Counted from the first letter of the stretch, positions 30,671 through 41,830 are shown. The stretch: 64,000 nucleotides of DNA from Sulfolobales archaeon HS-7 (GCA_019704295.1 AP024596.1:1024001-1088000); one strand, 5' to 3'. The notes: a model not told the origin generated them from the letters alone. Made by a program: numbers and translations.

Positions 30671-33178
30671 ATGAAAGTTGGAAACTATATTTTAGGTTTA
30701 GTGGTAATGTTTCTAATGGTTGCAACGTTGCTAAGCGTCCCTGCTGGAGCTACGTTAGAGTTCCTGCAAAACTATAACAAACCTGTTTTAACTCCAGCCG
30801 AAACGAACTTGTACTTTCCATATGTTTCCGTCTTGAACGAATATTGGTTCTACACGTCAAATACTCAGATATTTTACTCTCTACTAAGTGGGCAAGTTCA
30901 GTTTGCTGGTCTGGTCCATACCGCACAGATATATCAAGCAATGAAGGATCCTAGCATATACGTTTACGACGGACCTACCTATTCATACTTCTACTTCGCA
31001 TTTAATCTCAAGGAGTACCCTATGAATAATACATATTTTAGGTGGGCGGTGTCCAGCGTTCTGAATTATCAGCTTGTTGAGGAGGAAGCGTGGGCTAATG
31101 GATTAAAGGGAATCGCCTTGCCATATGAGTTAGATCCTACCTTATATTCTTCTTATTATAATCCTCAGATGGCTACGATATATGCACAACATGAGAGCTA
31201 CAACCTTACTAGGGCTATGATGTACTTAAAGGATGCAGGTCTTGTCTATAATAACGCCACTAATACTTGGGATTATCCTAATGGAACTCCTGTTGTTATC
31301 CAAATACTAACGCCACCTAATGCACCCCCTCTAGATGAAGCTTCGAAAATATTAGTCGATGGAGCTCATAGTATTGGATTGGACCTTCAGGTTGAATGCG
31401 TTCCGTTCTCAACTGAGGTACAGTTAGTTGATGAACAGAATTTCCAGATTGACAATTTGGGAGTTGATATATCAGCAATAGCGCCTACGTGTCTTCAGGC
31501 ATTATACGGTTATCCGATTAACTTCCTCGAAACCTCCATAGGGGTATACAACAAGACACTAAATACAGTTTTGGATCAAGCCGCAACTGCAAGTACCGTT
31601 AACCAATCCATAGTTTACACGAAAGAAGCTGAGGTAATGTTACAATACGAACTTCCAGCAATAATATTCGGTTGGGGGAACAGTATAAGTGGTAGTTATC
31701 TTCCTGGATTTGATGGATATACGGGTACTGCAACTCAAGGTGTCTGGCTTACTGACGTTCATCACACCGGTTTAAGTAACGGAACATATGTGTGGGGACT
31801 TACTCCCGAAACTGGGGCTCCCACAACTTATGATATATATACTGTAACAACTGCGTGCGAGTTTGACGGACTTGACGATAATCCTGCTACTCCAACCGTC
31901 TATGATACGGCACTAGTAACCCCTCCAGGAAATCCATTAGGGCTAGAACCTTGGGCAGCCTATAATTACACTATACAGTCTGGGTTAAACGAAACCATAC
32001 CAGGTACGAATGTCCTATTGGTCGACGGGCAGGAAATAACGTTTTACTTCAACCATAACATAACGTTCTTTGATGGTATGCCACTAACCGCGTTATCCTT
32101 GAATTTTTCACTATGGTACTTAGATACGGGAGGCTTCTCCTCCAATCCTTACAATCCAAGTCAGGACACGGTATATATAGGGAACTACTACGGTAAGCCC
32201 GTTTACGTGAACTATACTGCGGAATCAATATATTCATCAATTGAATGGTTTGGCGACTTACCTGGACTTGCCTACAGCTACGTCCCCGCAAACAATCCAT
32301 ATGTAATACATATCTTCTTTAACGACAGTGCATTCACTAACATATATAAGGTATCCGGCATTCCGCTAATGCCCTGCTTCATATTCGAAAACATACCTCC
32401 ACAGGAGCTGGGGCAAGACGTATACTCGGTATCTCATCACGGACAAGTAATAGGTTCCGGACCTGTATACATGTATCAGTGGAATACAACATACGGTCTC
32501 TCACTAGTTAGGAATCCGTCATACTTCAAGTTTAATGCTTTAGCGAACTCGTTTAATGTTTCTCCAGGAACGGACTATACACTCATGGTTAACATTACTC
32601 AGATTTACGCGTCTCCTGCATATATAAATGGTAAGCCTACAGTACCCGAGCCATTTGTACCAATAGCTAACGCAACAGGTTACGTGGCTGTTATTCCTTA
32701 CGGTTCTACAACCCCGGTAGAAACTGTACCTCTTACTCAGGTGAGCGGAAGTATGTATAAAGCTGTAATACCCACGGCGTCCTTATCTACGGGTGCAACG
32801 TATGAACTAATGGTAAACGCTACTTACGTTGAGCCAATTGTGTTAAACATGAGTGCAATGAGCAATGGGAGTGGCTTAACTACAGTTCCAGTAACTCATT
32901 ACTTCTACGAGTACTACGCAATGAACGTAGTATCCCCAACTGTAACTCCTCCACCAACAACTACAACAACTACTACACCTGTAACTACAACCACCACCCC
33001 TACTACGACTACAATAGCTCCTCCGCCCTCTCCTCCGCCTTCTCAACCTGTTACTGCAACCGTTAGTCAGGTGACGACGATTACTAGTGGTGTCTCGTTA
33101 GCTGTATATGCAAGCGTTGGTATAGAAGCATTAGTAGTAATAGTGGGTGTAGCTGTGCTTTTCCTCGTTAAAAGGTAA
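30671..33178 (+). CDS. ABC peptide/oligosaccharide-binding protein (family 5) with Thr/Pro linker and C-terminal TM anchor
   Basis: FAFNLKEYPMNNTYFRWAV, YNLTRAMMYLKDAG, TFFDGMPLTA, IGSGP, PPPTTTTTTTP linker, terminal TM + KR. Confidence 0.9.
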   Translation: MKVGNYILGLVVMFLMVATLLSVPAGATLEFLQNYNKPVLTPAETNLYFPYVSVLNEYWFYTSNTQIFYSLLSGQVQFAGLVHTAQIYQAMKDPSIYVYDGPTYSYFYFAFNLKEYPMNNTYFRWAVSSVLNYQLVEEEAWANGLKGIALPYELDPTLYSSYYNPQMATIYAQHESYNLTRAMMYLKDAGLVYNNATNTWDYPNGTPVVIQILTPPNAPPLDEASKILVDGAHSIGLDLQVECVPFSTEVQLVDEQNFQIDNLGVDISAIAPTCLQALYGYPINFLETSIGVYNKTLNTVLDQAATASTVNQSIVYTKEAEVMLQYELPAIIFGWGNSISGSYLPGFDGYTGTATQGVWLTDVHHTGLSNGTYVWGLTPETGAPTTYDIYTVTTACEFDGLDDNPATPTVYDTALVTPPGNPLGLEPWAAYNYTIQSGLNETIPGTNVLLVDGQEITFYFNHNITFFDGMPLTALSLNFSLWYLDTGGFSSNPYNPSQDTVYIGNYYGKPVYVNYTAESIYSSIEWFGDLPGLAYSYVPANNPYVIHIFFNDSAFTNIYKVSGIPLMPCFIFENIPPQELGQDVYSVSHHGQVIGSGPVYMYQWNTTYGLSLVRNPSYFKFNALANSFNVSPGTDYTLMVNITQIYASPAYINGKPTVPEPFVPIANATGYVAVIPYGSTTPVETVPLTQVSGSMYKAVIPTASLSTGATYELMVNATYVEPIVLNMSAMSNGSGLTTVPVTHYFYEYYAMNVVSPTVTPPPTTTTTTTPVTTTTTPTTTTIAPPPSPPPSQPVTATVSQVTTITSGVSLAVYASVGIEALVVIVGVAVLFLVKR

Positions 33179-33189
33179 AAGGGGTTTTT

Positions 33190-34182
33190 ATGACCTCTTT
33201 TCTTTCCTATGCTTTGAAGAGATTTATTGATAGGTTTATACTCTTAATTGGTTTGATCGTATTTAATTGGCTTCTCCTAGAGGGACTACCAGAGGCCTTT
33301 GGAATTAATCCCGTAGTGTGGATAGTCCCTCGTGAATTAAGTCATAATGTAAATGCCTATGCAACTCAGATAAAGACCCTAACAGTTCTATTCGGGTTTA
33401 ATCAACCTCTATATGTACAATTTGTAAGATATGTTTATAACACACTAACTTTTCACTTTGGATATGATTTCCTAGCAAACGAGCCAGTAATAGTGGAGAT
33501 AATACATCATTTACCGTATACATTGGTTTTAACCATCCCCCCTCTTATAATTTCGACTTTCCTCGCTATCATTCTAGGTCAGATAGCGGCCTTAAGAAGG
33601 GGCTCTGCCGTTGACAATACACTCTCGAATTATTTCATAATTCAGTATAACATACCAGGGTTCTTTCTCTCGTTCATTCTATGGGTAGTCCTCATAGTAG
33701 CTTTAAAGTTAGGCCCTATAAGTGATGCGTCTGTGTTAACTTCTTGGAATATAGTTAATGTGTTAAAGGCTTATTGGCTGCCATGGATTATCATAACTCT
33801 CATCTTCGGATTTCCCGTAAGAGGTCTTCTGATGAGAAATACAATGGTAGATATTCTCGATTCTGACTTTATTAGATACGAGAGGATAGCAGGGGTAAAG
33901 GAGGGAATTGTTAGGAGTCATGCAAGGCAAGTTTCCCTCATACCGGTTGTTACCAGGACATCTATAGATTTAGCGTTTATCTTAGGAGGAATTTTCGTCA
34001 TTGAATACGTTTTTGGTATACCAGGTATGGGTTACCTGCTAACTGAGGCAGCTGTAAAGTTTGATTTTCCCCTATTAGTGGGAAGCTTCTTTGTGCTAAC
34101 CTTTTACTCTCTTATAGTACTTTATATAAATGATTTAATATACCCATTAATAGATCCTAGACTTAAGAAGAGCCTGAGGTGA
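33190..34182 (+). CDS. ABC peptide transporter permease (DppB/OppB)
   Basis: FGFNQPLYVQF, LPYTLVL, MRNTMVDILDSDFI, IEYVFGIPGMG, LIDPR. Confidence 0.92.
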   Translation: MTSFLSYALKRFIDRFILLIGLIVFNWLLLEGLPEAFGINPVVWIVPRELSHNVNAYATQIKTLTVLFGFNQPLYVQFVRYVYNTLTFHFGYDFLANEPVIVEIIHHLPYTLVLTIPPLIISTFLAIILGQIAALRRGSAVDNTLSNYFIIQYNIPGFFLSFILWVVLIVALKLGPISDASVLTSWNIVNVLKAYWLPWIIITLIFGFPVRGLLMRNTMVDILDSDFIRYERIAGVKEGIVRSHARQVSLIPVVTRTSIDLAFILGGIFVIEYVFGIPGMGYLLTEAAVKFDFPLLVGSFFVLTFYSLIVLYINDLIYPLIDPRLKKSLR

Positions 34183-35777
34183 ATGCTATAAGGATTCCAA
34201 AAATATTAACGACGCCGCAAGGAATAGTTGGCATAACTGTGTTGGTAATTTTAGTGGGAAGTGTAGTAGGGGGAATATTTATAGTTCCAAAAACGAATCC
34301 CTATGCTGAAAATGGAATGTACGTGGCCGCACCGTTTGCTGTTCCTGCTTGGGCTTCATCACTTTACGGCAATCTCCCGCCTAATATACCACTTCCTAGT
34401 ACTGTTTCCTTAATAGAGGATAAATCCCCTCAAGTATTGAGCTTTTGGAATGCGAGAAATATATCCATTGATGGCGATAAAGTTGTATTTTTATGGAATT
34501 CGACTTTGGGACCCTCAGGAACGAGCTTTACGGAAACGGCTTCAACGTATGGAAATAGTGGCCCGGGAAGTATAGAGCTAATAATATCAGGTCCCAATCC
34601 TATTAACGTATCATTGTATCATATATTCAACTACACATACGATCTACCAGGTGATTACAACTTCTTTATAATGCAGAGTAGCATTTACTTCCAGCAATAC
34701 AACTCAACTATAAACTATGATGGTTACTTAACTAATCCTAAAAATCAAACCTTCTGGATGTTTACTGTTGGAAGTGCCGCTCCCGTTAATCCCTTAGCTT
34801 CTTCTGCCTTTCAATACTTTGGACCTAATGGTTGGCATTACGTTCTAGGAGATAGCGCGTCTCCGATTTACTCTCCGTGGTATTATACTTCGAATTTAAC
34901 GCCTAATGAAACTTCATTTGCGTCTTCAATACTGTTACACTCTGCTTTTTCCTCTGACGGTGCATATAAAGTTCAATACCAAATCCAGTATAATCCGCAA
35001 TCCAGTAACGCTTCGGCGAAAGTCTTTCTCTCCGATGTTTTCTTTAAGTTTCTGGGCTCAAAATATGGATTGTTAGGCACTGATAATAACGGAGCTAGTG
35101 TGTATCAGGAATACGTCCAAGGGGGGGAATTTGATCTTATTCTGGCTACATTAGTCGGATTAATGATAGTTTTCGTAGGAGCCGGTACTGGACTTTTAGG
35201 GGGGTATTTCGGGGGGAAAATAGATCAGGTTTTAGTATCGATAACTGATTTTATATTTTTGTTTCCTGCTTTGGCTCTATACATAGTCCTTATTTCTGTC
35301 TTTGGGCAGTTGCTTAATTTGACCAGTCAAATAGATAGGACGATTTTAATTGGGGCGATAATAATCGTCTTCTCATGGCCGGCAACAGGCAGAATAATTA
35401 GGGGGCAAACATACGCGGTAAGTAATCAGCAATTCGTTGAGGCTGCTAAGGCTTTAGGAGAATCGAATTTAACGGTAATAAGGAAGCATATTCTAAATCA
35501 TATATTTCCTATAATCGTTGTACAAATAATATTTGACGTACCAGCTGTCATAGGAGTCGAATCTACCCTCGATTTCCTGGGGTTGGGAATTACGGGCTTT
35601 CCAACATGGGGTAATATGTTGGGTTATGCGGAGCATTATGTTACATCGGCACCACATTACATATGGTGGTGGATTCTGCCTCCAGGTCTAGCACTGCTAA
35701 TATTGGGAATAGCTCTATTTTATTTCGGTGAGAGTCTGCTAAGGCTATACGGTATTCAGGGAGGTAGACTGCAGTGA
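34179..35777 (+). CDS. ABC peptide transporter permease (DppC/OppC) with large extracellular insertion
   Basis: LLGTDNNG, GYFGG, FVEAAKALG, LDFLGLG, TWGNML, WWWILPPG. Confidence 0.92.
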   Translation: MNAIRIPKILTTPQGIVGITVLVILVGSVVGGIFIVPKTNPYAENGMYVAAPFAVPAWASSLYGNLPPNIPLPSTVSLIEDKSPQVLSFWNARNISIDGDKVVFLWNSTLGPSGTSFTETASTYGNSGPGSIELIISGPNPINVSLYHIFNYTYDLPGDYNFFIMQSSIYFQQYNSTINYDGYLTNPKNQTFWMFTVGSAAPVNPLASSAFQYFGPNGWHYVLGDSASPIYSPWYYTSNLTPNETSFASSILLHSAFSSDGAYKVQYQIQYNPQSSNASAKVFLSDVFFKFLGSKYGLLGTDNNGASVYQEYVQGGEFDLILATLVGLMIVFVGAGTGLLGGYFGGKIDQVLVSITDFIFLFPALALYIVLISVFGQLLNLTSQIDRTILIGAIIIVFSWPATGRIIRGQTYAVSNQQFVEAAKALGESNLTVIRKHILNHIFPIIVVQIIFDVPAVIGVESTLDFLGLGITGFPTWGNMLGYAEHYVTSAPHYIWWWILPPGLALLILGIALFYFGESLLRLYGIQGGRLQ

Positions 35778-36748
35778 GCTTAGAATTAGATAGAGTGAAT
35801 ATATATTACTCATTAGGAAGAGCTGAGCTCCGTGCTGTAAGTGACGTAACCCTTAACGTAAATAGAGGGGAATCCTTGGGAATAATAGGAGAGACAGGAT
35901 CAGGTAAGACGACGTTAGTTTCATCGATCGTAAGAACACTTCCAGAAAATGCGAGGTTTGAGGGTAGAATTTCCTTAGACGGCGCAGATATTCACTCTAT
36001 GCCATTGAAGGAATTTAGGAAAAATATTAGCTGGAGTAAAATTTCGATTATACCCCAATATTCCATGAATGCTCTTAACCCTGTAAAAAAAATTGGTGAA
36101 CAGTTAGGTTTGATAGCATCAGAGCATACTAATTGGAGTACTCAAGAAATTGCCGAGAGGATATATAACTTATTCAAGGAACTCGGTTTACCCCCTGAGA
36201 CCTACTTTAAGTTACCGGACGAACTCTCTGGTGGTCAAAAGCAAAGGGTGATCATAGCATCAGCACTACTTTTAGAACCTGACGTAGTAATAGCTGATGA
36301 ACCTACAACTGCACTCGACGTCATAAATCAAGCGAAAGTGATCTCCCTTATCAAGAGAAGCGTCAAGGAGAGAGGAAAAACTATGCTATACATTACTCAT
36401 GATATAGCCGTCGTAGCGGGAATCACAGATAAGATGGTGACAATGTATGCTGGGAAGGTTATGGAATACGGTTCTACCAGGAAAATGTTTAGGGAGCCAT
36501 TGCATCCATACACGATGCTTTTAATTAACTCTGTACCCGACATAAGGAGAGGGAGAGTGAAGAAGCTCTCATATATCCCTGGGGAACCCCCCGATTTAAT
36601 AAAAAGAGAAAAGGGGTGCTCCTTTGCTAAGAGATGTCCGATCGCTAGGGACATTTGCAGATTACAGGAACCTGAACTCAAAAATATTGATGGACGCCTA
36701 GTTTCGTGTCATTTTGCCGAGGAAACAGTTACGCTTAGGCAGGGATGA
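35774..36748 (+). CDS. ABC peptide transporter ATPase (DppD)
   Basis: GETGSGKT, LSGGQKQR, ADEPTTALD, PLHPYT, C-terminal Cys motif. Confidence 0.95.
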   Translation: MSLELDRVNIYYSLGRAELRAVSDVTLNVNRGESLGIIGETGSGKTTLVSSIVRTLPENARFEGRISLDGADIHSMPLKEFRKNISWSKISIIPQYSMNALNPVKKIGEQLGLIASEHTNWSTQEIAERIYNLFKELGLPPETYFKLPDELSGGQKQRVIIASALLLEPDVVIADEPTTALDVINQAKVISLIKRSVKERGKTMLYITHDIAVVAGITDKMVTMYAGKVMEYGSTRKMFREPLHPYTMLLINSVPDIRRGRVKKLSYIPGEPPDLIKREKGCSFAKRCPIARDICRLQEPELKNIDGRLVSCHFAEETVTLRQG

Positions 36749-37722
36749 AAATGTCGGAACCTGTTTTAACAGTAAAGAAATTGACATTGAGTTATGCGTT
36801 TGGAAGAGAGGGACTTTTCAGAACTAAGTATGTTAGAGCTGTCAGGGACGTCTCATTAACAGTAAAACGCGGTGAAATCACTTCGCTAGTTGGGGAGTCT
36901 GGTTCGGGAAAAACTACTCTTGGTAAGGGAACATTACGCCTTCTCAAACCCACTGAAGGGGAAATATTCTGGGAAAATGATAACGTAACGAACATGAAGG
37001 ACTCTAAGCTCAGAAGGCTTAGAAGATATTATCAGATAATTCAGCAAGATCCTTACAGTTCCCTTGATCCTACATACAAGGTATATGATATAATAGCTGA
37101 GGGAATAAGGTTGCATAAGCTGGCTACGTCAAGGCAAGATGAGCAGGACATGATCTACAGAATGCTGTCCGTCGTTAGATTAACTCCACCCGAGGAGTTC
37201 GCAGTAAAGAGACCTTATGAACTTTCAGGTGGACAGAGACAGAGGGTGGCCATTGCTAGAGCCCTAGTTCTCAAACCAAAGTACATTGTAGCTGACGAAC
37301 CCGTGTCAATGCTTGACGCATCAACGCGGGGTCAAATAGTTGATTTTATCCTTAAAGCAAGGGAGAATGACGGAACATCAATATTGTTTATAACTCATGA
37401 TATTTCCTTAGCAAGTTATATTTCAGATACGATAAACGTTATGTATTTAGGTAAGGTAGTGGAATCTGGGAAACCTGAGGATATAGTAAATAGGCCGATG
37501 CATCCGTACACACAGGCATTAATAGAGGCAGTGCCTATACCAGACCCTGAGGTTGGGATTAAAGACCCCAGGATAAAGGGAGATATGGATACCCTCCTTA
37601 ATATACCAACAGGCTGTGTGTTTAGGAACAGATGTCCCTATGCATTTGCGGCGTGTGAACAGGAACCTACTTTGAGGAGGGTGGAAGGTAATCATTATGT
37701 CGCTTGTCACCTTATTAGGTAG
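36745..37722 (+). CDS. ABC peptide transporter ATPase (DppF)
   Basis: GESGSGKT, LSGGQRQR, ADEPVSMLD, HPYT, GCVFRNRCP. Confidence 0.95.
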   Translation: MKMSEPVLTVKKLTLSYAFGREGLFRTKYVRAVRDVSLTVKRGEITSLVGESGSGKTTLGKGTLRLLKPTEGEIFWENDNVTNMKDSKLRRLRRYYQIIQQDPYSSLDPTYKVYDIIAEGIRLHKLATSRQDEQDMIYRMLSVVRLTPPEEFAVKRPYELSGGQRQRVAIARALVLKPKYIVADEPVSMLDASTRGQIVDFILKARENDGTSILFITHDISLASYISDTINVMYLGKVVESGKPEDIVNRPMHPYTQALIEAVPIPDPEVGIKDPRIKGDMDTLLNIPTGCVFRNRCPYAFAACEQEPTLRRVEGNHYVACHLIR

Positions 37723-38359
37723 CCTGATTGTCTTAGCATTAGTATTGCAAGGTACTCAAGCAATACTTTATCACGGTCTAATTGTGGGGCTAGGACAGAG
37801 AGGGGAAGTAACAGTAATTCCCACAGAGATCTCTAGTGCTCAGTATAACGTTTCAGTTCACATTAGAGGAGAGGTGGGAAATTCTACACTTAACTTAACC
37901 ACTAGATATAATGGCGAATATTATTATCTGGTTTCAAAGAATGGCTCTACACTCTCAATATGTTACTACTCGGCTAACTTCAGTAAAGTTCAAATTGTAG
38001 CGCCATTTTACCTACCCTTTCAATTACCCGAAGGAAACATAACCCTTAAAATGACCCTCAGGAACTCCTCTGAAATCTCTGCTCAACTTATTAGCACAGC
38101 TCATGTTAACACGACCGGGAACACTACTGTTATAATATTCAAGGACTTGAATATAACTGAAGGAATATACCTTTCATTCATTTATCGGTACAATGATAAC
38201 TACCTTACAGATATCCAGTCAAATTACTCGTTTACCGATTTCTTTCTAGAGAATAACGTGATCATTTCCCCAAATCACGAGCAGCCGTTTCCTTATTATA
38301 TACTAATTATACCCGTTGTAGTGGTAATTGCTGTTATCTTGTGGAGAATAAAGCGCTGA
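37697..38359 (+). CDS. Hypothetical secreted glycoprotein with C-terminal TM anchor
   Basis: Signal peptide, many NxS/T sequons, C-terminal YYILIIPVVVVIAVILWRIKR. Confidence 0.65.
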   Translation: MSLVTLLGSLIVLALVLQGTQAILYHGLIVGLGQRGEVTVIPTEISSAQYNVSVHIRGEVGNSTLNLTTRYNGEYYYLVSKNGSTLSICYYSANFSKVQIVAPFYLPFQLPEGNITLKMTLRNSSEISAQLISTAHVNTTGNTTVIIFKDLNITEGIYLSFIYRYNDNYLTDIQSNYSFTDFFLENNVIISPNHEQPFPYYILIIPVVVVIAVILWRIKR

Positions 38360-38389
38360 ATTTTTTTCTTCATGAGCTTTGTTGTATCC

Positions 38390-39958
38390 ATGAACGGTGC
38401 AGAAGTTATACTAAATATTTTAAAAAAGTATACGGACAAGGTATTTATTGTTTCTGGAACGGATTACGCGGCTTTTATAGAGGCAAGATACAGGGGAGTA
38501 GGACCGGAATTTATCGTAATACCCCACGAAATTACTGCCGTGTCCGCAGCTATGGGATATTCCCTTTCAGGTAAGCTAGGGGTTGCAATGGTACATACAG
38601 TGCCTGGGACGCTAAATTCATTAGGAATTATCGCTGATGCCTTCTCATCCAGGATTCCCTTAATTGTAATAGCTGGGAAAAGTCCTTATACAGAAAGGGG
38701 TTCTACAGCGAGCAGAAATCTGAGAATTCACTGGACACAGGACCTTAGGGACCAAGGCGGAGTTTTAAGGCAATACGTTAAATGGGATCACGAGATAAGA
38801 ACTGTAGAACAGATCGCTGATACGATTCAGAGGGGAATACAAATTGCATTAAGTGAACCTCCTGGACCTGTTTACATCACTGTTCCTAGAGAGATATCAG
38901 TAGCGGACACGACTTTAACTGAGAAAAAGATGGACTTTACGGAACCAGGAGTTTCCACAAGTAAATTAGAAAGGGCTAAGGAACTGTTAAGCAACTCTTC
39001 AGCACCGTTGATAATCACGTGGGGATCTGGAAGGAGGAGGGATTGGTTTGATTCGGTGAAAAGGTTTGCTGATATCCACAGGATACCTGTCGCAGGATAT
39101 GTAGGGGAATGGCTCAATTACCCCACTACTGGGGATATGGCTCTAGACTCATATAATACTAAGGACTTTGACGTTATACTGGTTTTTGAGAACGAAGTTC
39201 CGTGGATTCCAAAGTACGGAGAACCTGATGCAAAGATAATTAGGGTTGACGTAGACCCCCTGTACTCGCAAATACCTTATTCCGGTTTTCCTTGTGATCT
39301 ATGTGTTCAATCTGGCATTAGCGATTTCCTTGATAACCTGAATGTAAAAAAGAGTTGGGATTGGGGAGACATTTTCGTGAAGCAAAGGGAGGAGAAAATG
39401 AGGAAACTTGAGAAGATGAAGGACTCAAAAAGAATTCATCCGGCTCTTCTTTCATACGAGCTGAGTAAGATTGGATGGACGATATATAACGAGTATCCGT
39501 TCAGGGGAGAGTACGCAATACTAAATAGGTACAACCAATACTATGCCGATCCTGGATTTGGACATCTCGGTTGGGCATTAGGGGCAGGACTTGGATACAA
39601 AATCTCCACAGGAGAAAACGTAATAATAACCGTAGGAGATGGCTCGTTCATTGAGGGTGTACCAACGGCTTTCCTTTATACCGCTAAACGGCACCCCGTC
39701 TTAGTGGTAATTTACGATAATAAAAGCTGGTTCGCAGTCGAGAAGGCAGTTAGGGAGGTATTTCCCTCAACGTCTATGGACAGTTTCCCTGGTGCTGATT
39801 TAGACATAGATGGTTTAGCTGAGGTAGTAGAAAGTATAAGCGGGGAGTACGTTTACATTGAAAGCCCCTCTGAGATTCAGGACGGATTAAAAAGGGGAAA
39901 AGACGCCGTATTGGCAGGAAGGACAGCGATAATCCACGCTCGTACTGAGAAGGTTTAA
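38390..39958 (+). CDS. ThDP-dependent enzyme (acetolactate synthase/decarboxylase-like)
   Basis: SGTDY, PHEITAVSAA, HTVPGT, IHWTQD, GPVY, LGWALG, GDGSF...DN. Confidence 0.88.
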   Translation: MNGAEVILNILKKYTDKVFIVSGTDYAAFIEARYRGVGPEFIVIPHEITAVSAAMGYSLSGKLGVAMVHTVPGTLNSLGIIADAFSSRIPLIVIAGKSPYTERGSTASRNLRIHWTQDLRDQGGVLRQYVKWDHEIRTVEQIADTIQRGIQIALSEPPGPVYITVPREISVADTTLTEKKMDFTEPGVSTSKLERAKELLSNSSAPLIITWGSGRRRDWFDSVKRFADIHRIPVAGYVGEWLNYPTTGDMALDSYNTKDFDVILVFENEVPWIPKYGEPDAKIIRVDVDPLYSQIPYSGFPCDLCVQSGISDFLDNLNVKKSWDWGDIFVKQREEKMRKLEKMKDSKRIHPALLSYELSKIGWTIYNEYPFRGEYAILNRYNQYYADPGFGHLGWALGAGLGYKISTGENVIITVGDGSFIEGVPTAFLYTAKRHPVLVVIYDNKSWFAVEKAVREVFPSTSMDSFPGADLDIDGLAEVVESISGEYVYIESPSEIQDGLKRGKDAVLAGRTAIIHARTEKV

Positions 39959-40902
39959 ATCCTTTCGAATCCGTTCTCTTCTATTATTGGAGAGATCTTC
40001 TTCATCACATAACTAATAACCGGTCCGGTCATTCCTAGTTTTCTATATATTCTGTATAAGAGGGGTAGCTTTAATGAAGCACCGGCCGCTAGTGGATGTC
40101 CCCCTCCGCCTAATCCTACTGCGAACTTTCTAACGTTAAAGGAGTTGCTTCTGAATGAAACTGCTACACCATTAGCAGATACGAAAACTGACGCTCCAGT
40201 TCTAGACATTATGTACTGTGCGGCATAGCTTATATCTGGAGGTCCCTTCCATCTAATTGCAAATGCAACTTTCTCATTATCTATTGTTATAACCTTAAAG
40301 TACTTCTTCAATTTATTGTACCCCTTTAACTCTTTGTTTACCATTTCCTCAAGAATTTCATTGAAATCATCCTCCCACAGTTTGCCCGAATAGAAGAGCG
40401 CGATTAGGTGTTCTTTCCAAGAGTAATCCCTATTGTATTCAACGATCCTTCTGAGCTTTTCTCCTAAGGGATCATTGTGCAACCAAATGTCGACAGAGCA
40501 GTCAGCACTTGCTATTTTTTTCGAGAAATCATCATCGGGATTCATATACTTATTTACTACTCCCGCACCACACGTTGACACATCATGATACAGTTCAACT
40601 CCTGCCTTTTTTACCTCCTCCTTCCAATTCTCTTTCCAGACGTGATGGTCAAACCATTCAACTTTCACTTCTTTAAATTTCTGCAATGCGGTAAGAACCT
40701 TTGGAAGAGTGTCTTGATTCATACCTATATCGGCGATCATTATTTTCTTTACGTCGCCGAGATTGAGGTTATTTAATAAGTCCCCAATCTTAGTTGGTTC
40801 TGTGAAGAATACCTTTTTGGGTAGAGTCCTTGCTGCCCTTGCGTAAACGGCCGCTGATGCAGTCCCATCAAAGTCGTTATGAACTATGGCATAGTATTCC
40901 AT
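39955..40902 (-). CDS. DHH/DHHA1 phosphoesterase
   Basis: HNDFDG, IAD, WFDHH, CGAG, SFRS, GGGGHPLAAGA. Confidence 0.92.
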   Translation of the reverse strand: MEYYAIVHNDFDGTASAAVYARAARTLPKKVFFTEPTKIGDLLNNLNLGDVKKIMIADIGMNQDTLPKVLTALQKFKEVKVEWFDHHVWKENWKEEVKKAGVELYHDVSTCGAGVVNKYMNPDDDFSKKIASADCSVDIWLHNDPLGEKLRRIVEYNRDYSWKEHLIALFYSGKLWEDDFNEILEEMVNKELKGYNKLKKYFKVITIDNEKVAFAIRWKGPPDISYAAQYIMSRTGASVFVSANGVAVSFRSNSFNVRKFAVGLGGGGHPLAAGASLKLPLLYRIYRKLGMTGPVISYVMKKISPIIEENGFERI

Positions 40903-40905
40903 ACG

Positions 40906-41826
40906 TTATTGTTGAGGTAGAAGCTTATAATTTCTCCCGAACGTTAATCTTGAGAACAGTTTTTCCTCGCATAGGAAGTATCCTAGTGGTATTGCTATTA
41001 GGTAGACTATGAAGTGAAATCCCGTTGCTCCCTGGACAACACTAGTTAAGATTAGGAGAATCCCTGTCACTTTCTCAATTTCACCCTTTATCCCAATTAT
41101 GAGTAGGCTAGCTAATATAACTCCTAATAAAGCGAAAGTTATACCTGTTTGAGAACTATTTACTGTGATTCCTAAGGAGGACGGAATTACCATAGTCATG
41201 ATAGTTTGTAAAAAGGCGTTTCCTGAAATTAGGAATCCGAAGAATATGAAGGGGATTGATATTAGGGCTCCCGAGATGTACGCGATTATAATTTTCCCTT
41301 TCTTGGATCTGAGTAATATACTGTAACTTAAAGTTCCAGCTGCTAATAATGCCAGCAAGATCAGGGGACTATACGTTAGGGCGGGTCCGTGAGAGTATAA
41401 AAGTATAGATTGAAGGTAGAAGTAACCTGTGAAAAGCATTATTGGAACGAGGAAAATTAACTCACGCCGTGTACTATTACCCATTTCAAGTAGGGAAATT
41501 CCTAAGGAGAAAAAAAGTAGGAAAAACGTAAAGGCATACCAAAGTAGAGTACCGTAGTACTCAGGGTAAATATATGGAATCACAGAGGATACAAGCTCTA
41601 TTGCGAACAAAATTAAGAACTCCTTCAATTTCAGGGAGAGAATCAACAGCGTGACCATAATGGTTACGTAAAACAGAGCGGAACCTATGATACCTAAAGG
41701 ATACAAATAGTTGAGAAATGTCTGGTGAAGGGGGAGGGGGATTAAGGCATAAAGGGCGTCCCTAAAAACGAATTGCAGAATTGTCCCTGCAAGAAGTAGG
41801 GAAACTACTCCAGTGATAAATTTCAT
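40906..41826 (-). CDS. cbsB: Cytochrome b558/566 subunit B-like polytopic membrane protein
   Basis: About 9 TM helices, 306 aa, immediately downstream of the cbsA-like gene. Confidence 0.65.
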   Translation of the reverse strand: MKFITGVVSLLLAGTILQFVFRDALYALIPLPLHQTFLNYLYPLGIIGSALFYVTIMVTLLILSLKLKEFLILFAIELVSSVIPYIYPEYYGTLLWYAFTFFLLFFSLGISLLEMGNSTRRELIFLVPIMLFTGYFYLQSILLYSHGPALTYSPLILLALLAAGTLSYSILLRSKKGKIIIAYISGALISIPFIFFGFLISGNAFLQTIMTMVIPSSLGITVNSSQTGITFALLGVILASLLIIGIKGEIEKVTGILLILTSVVQGATGFHFIVYLIAIPLGYFLCEEKLFSRLTFGRNYKLLPQQ

Positions 41827-41830
41827 CCTC

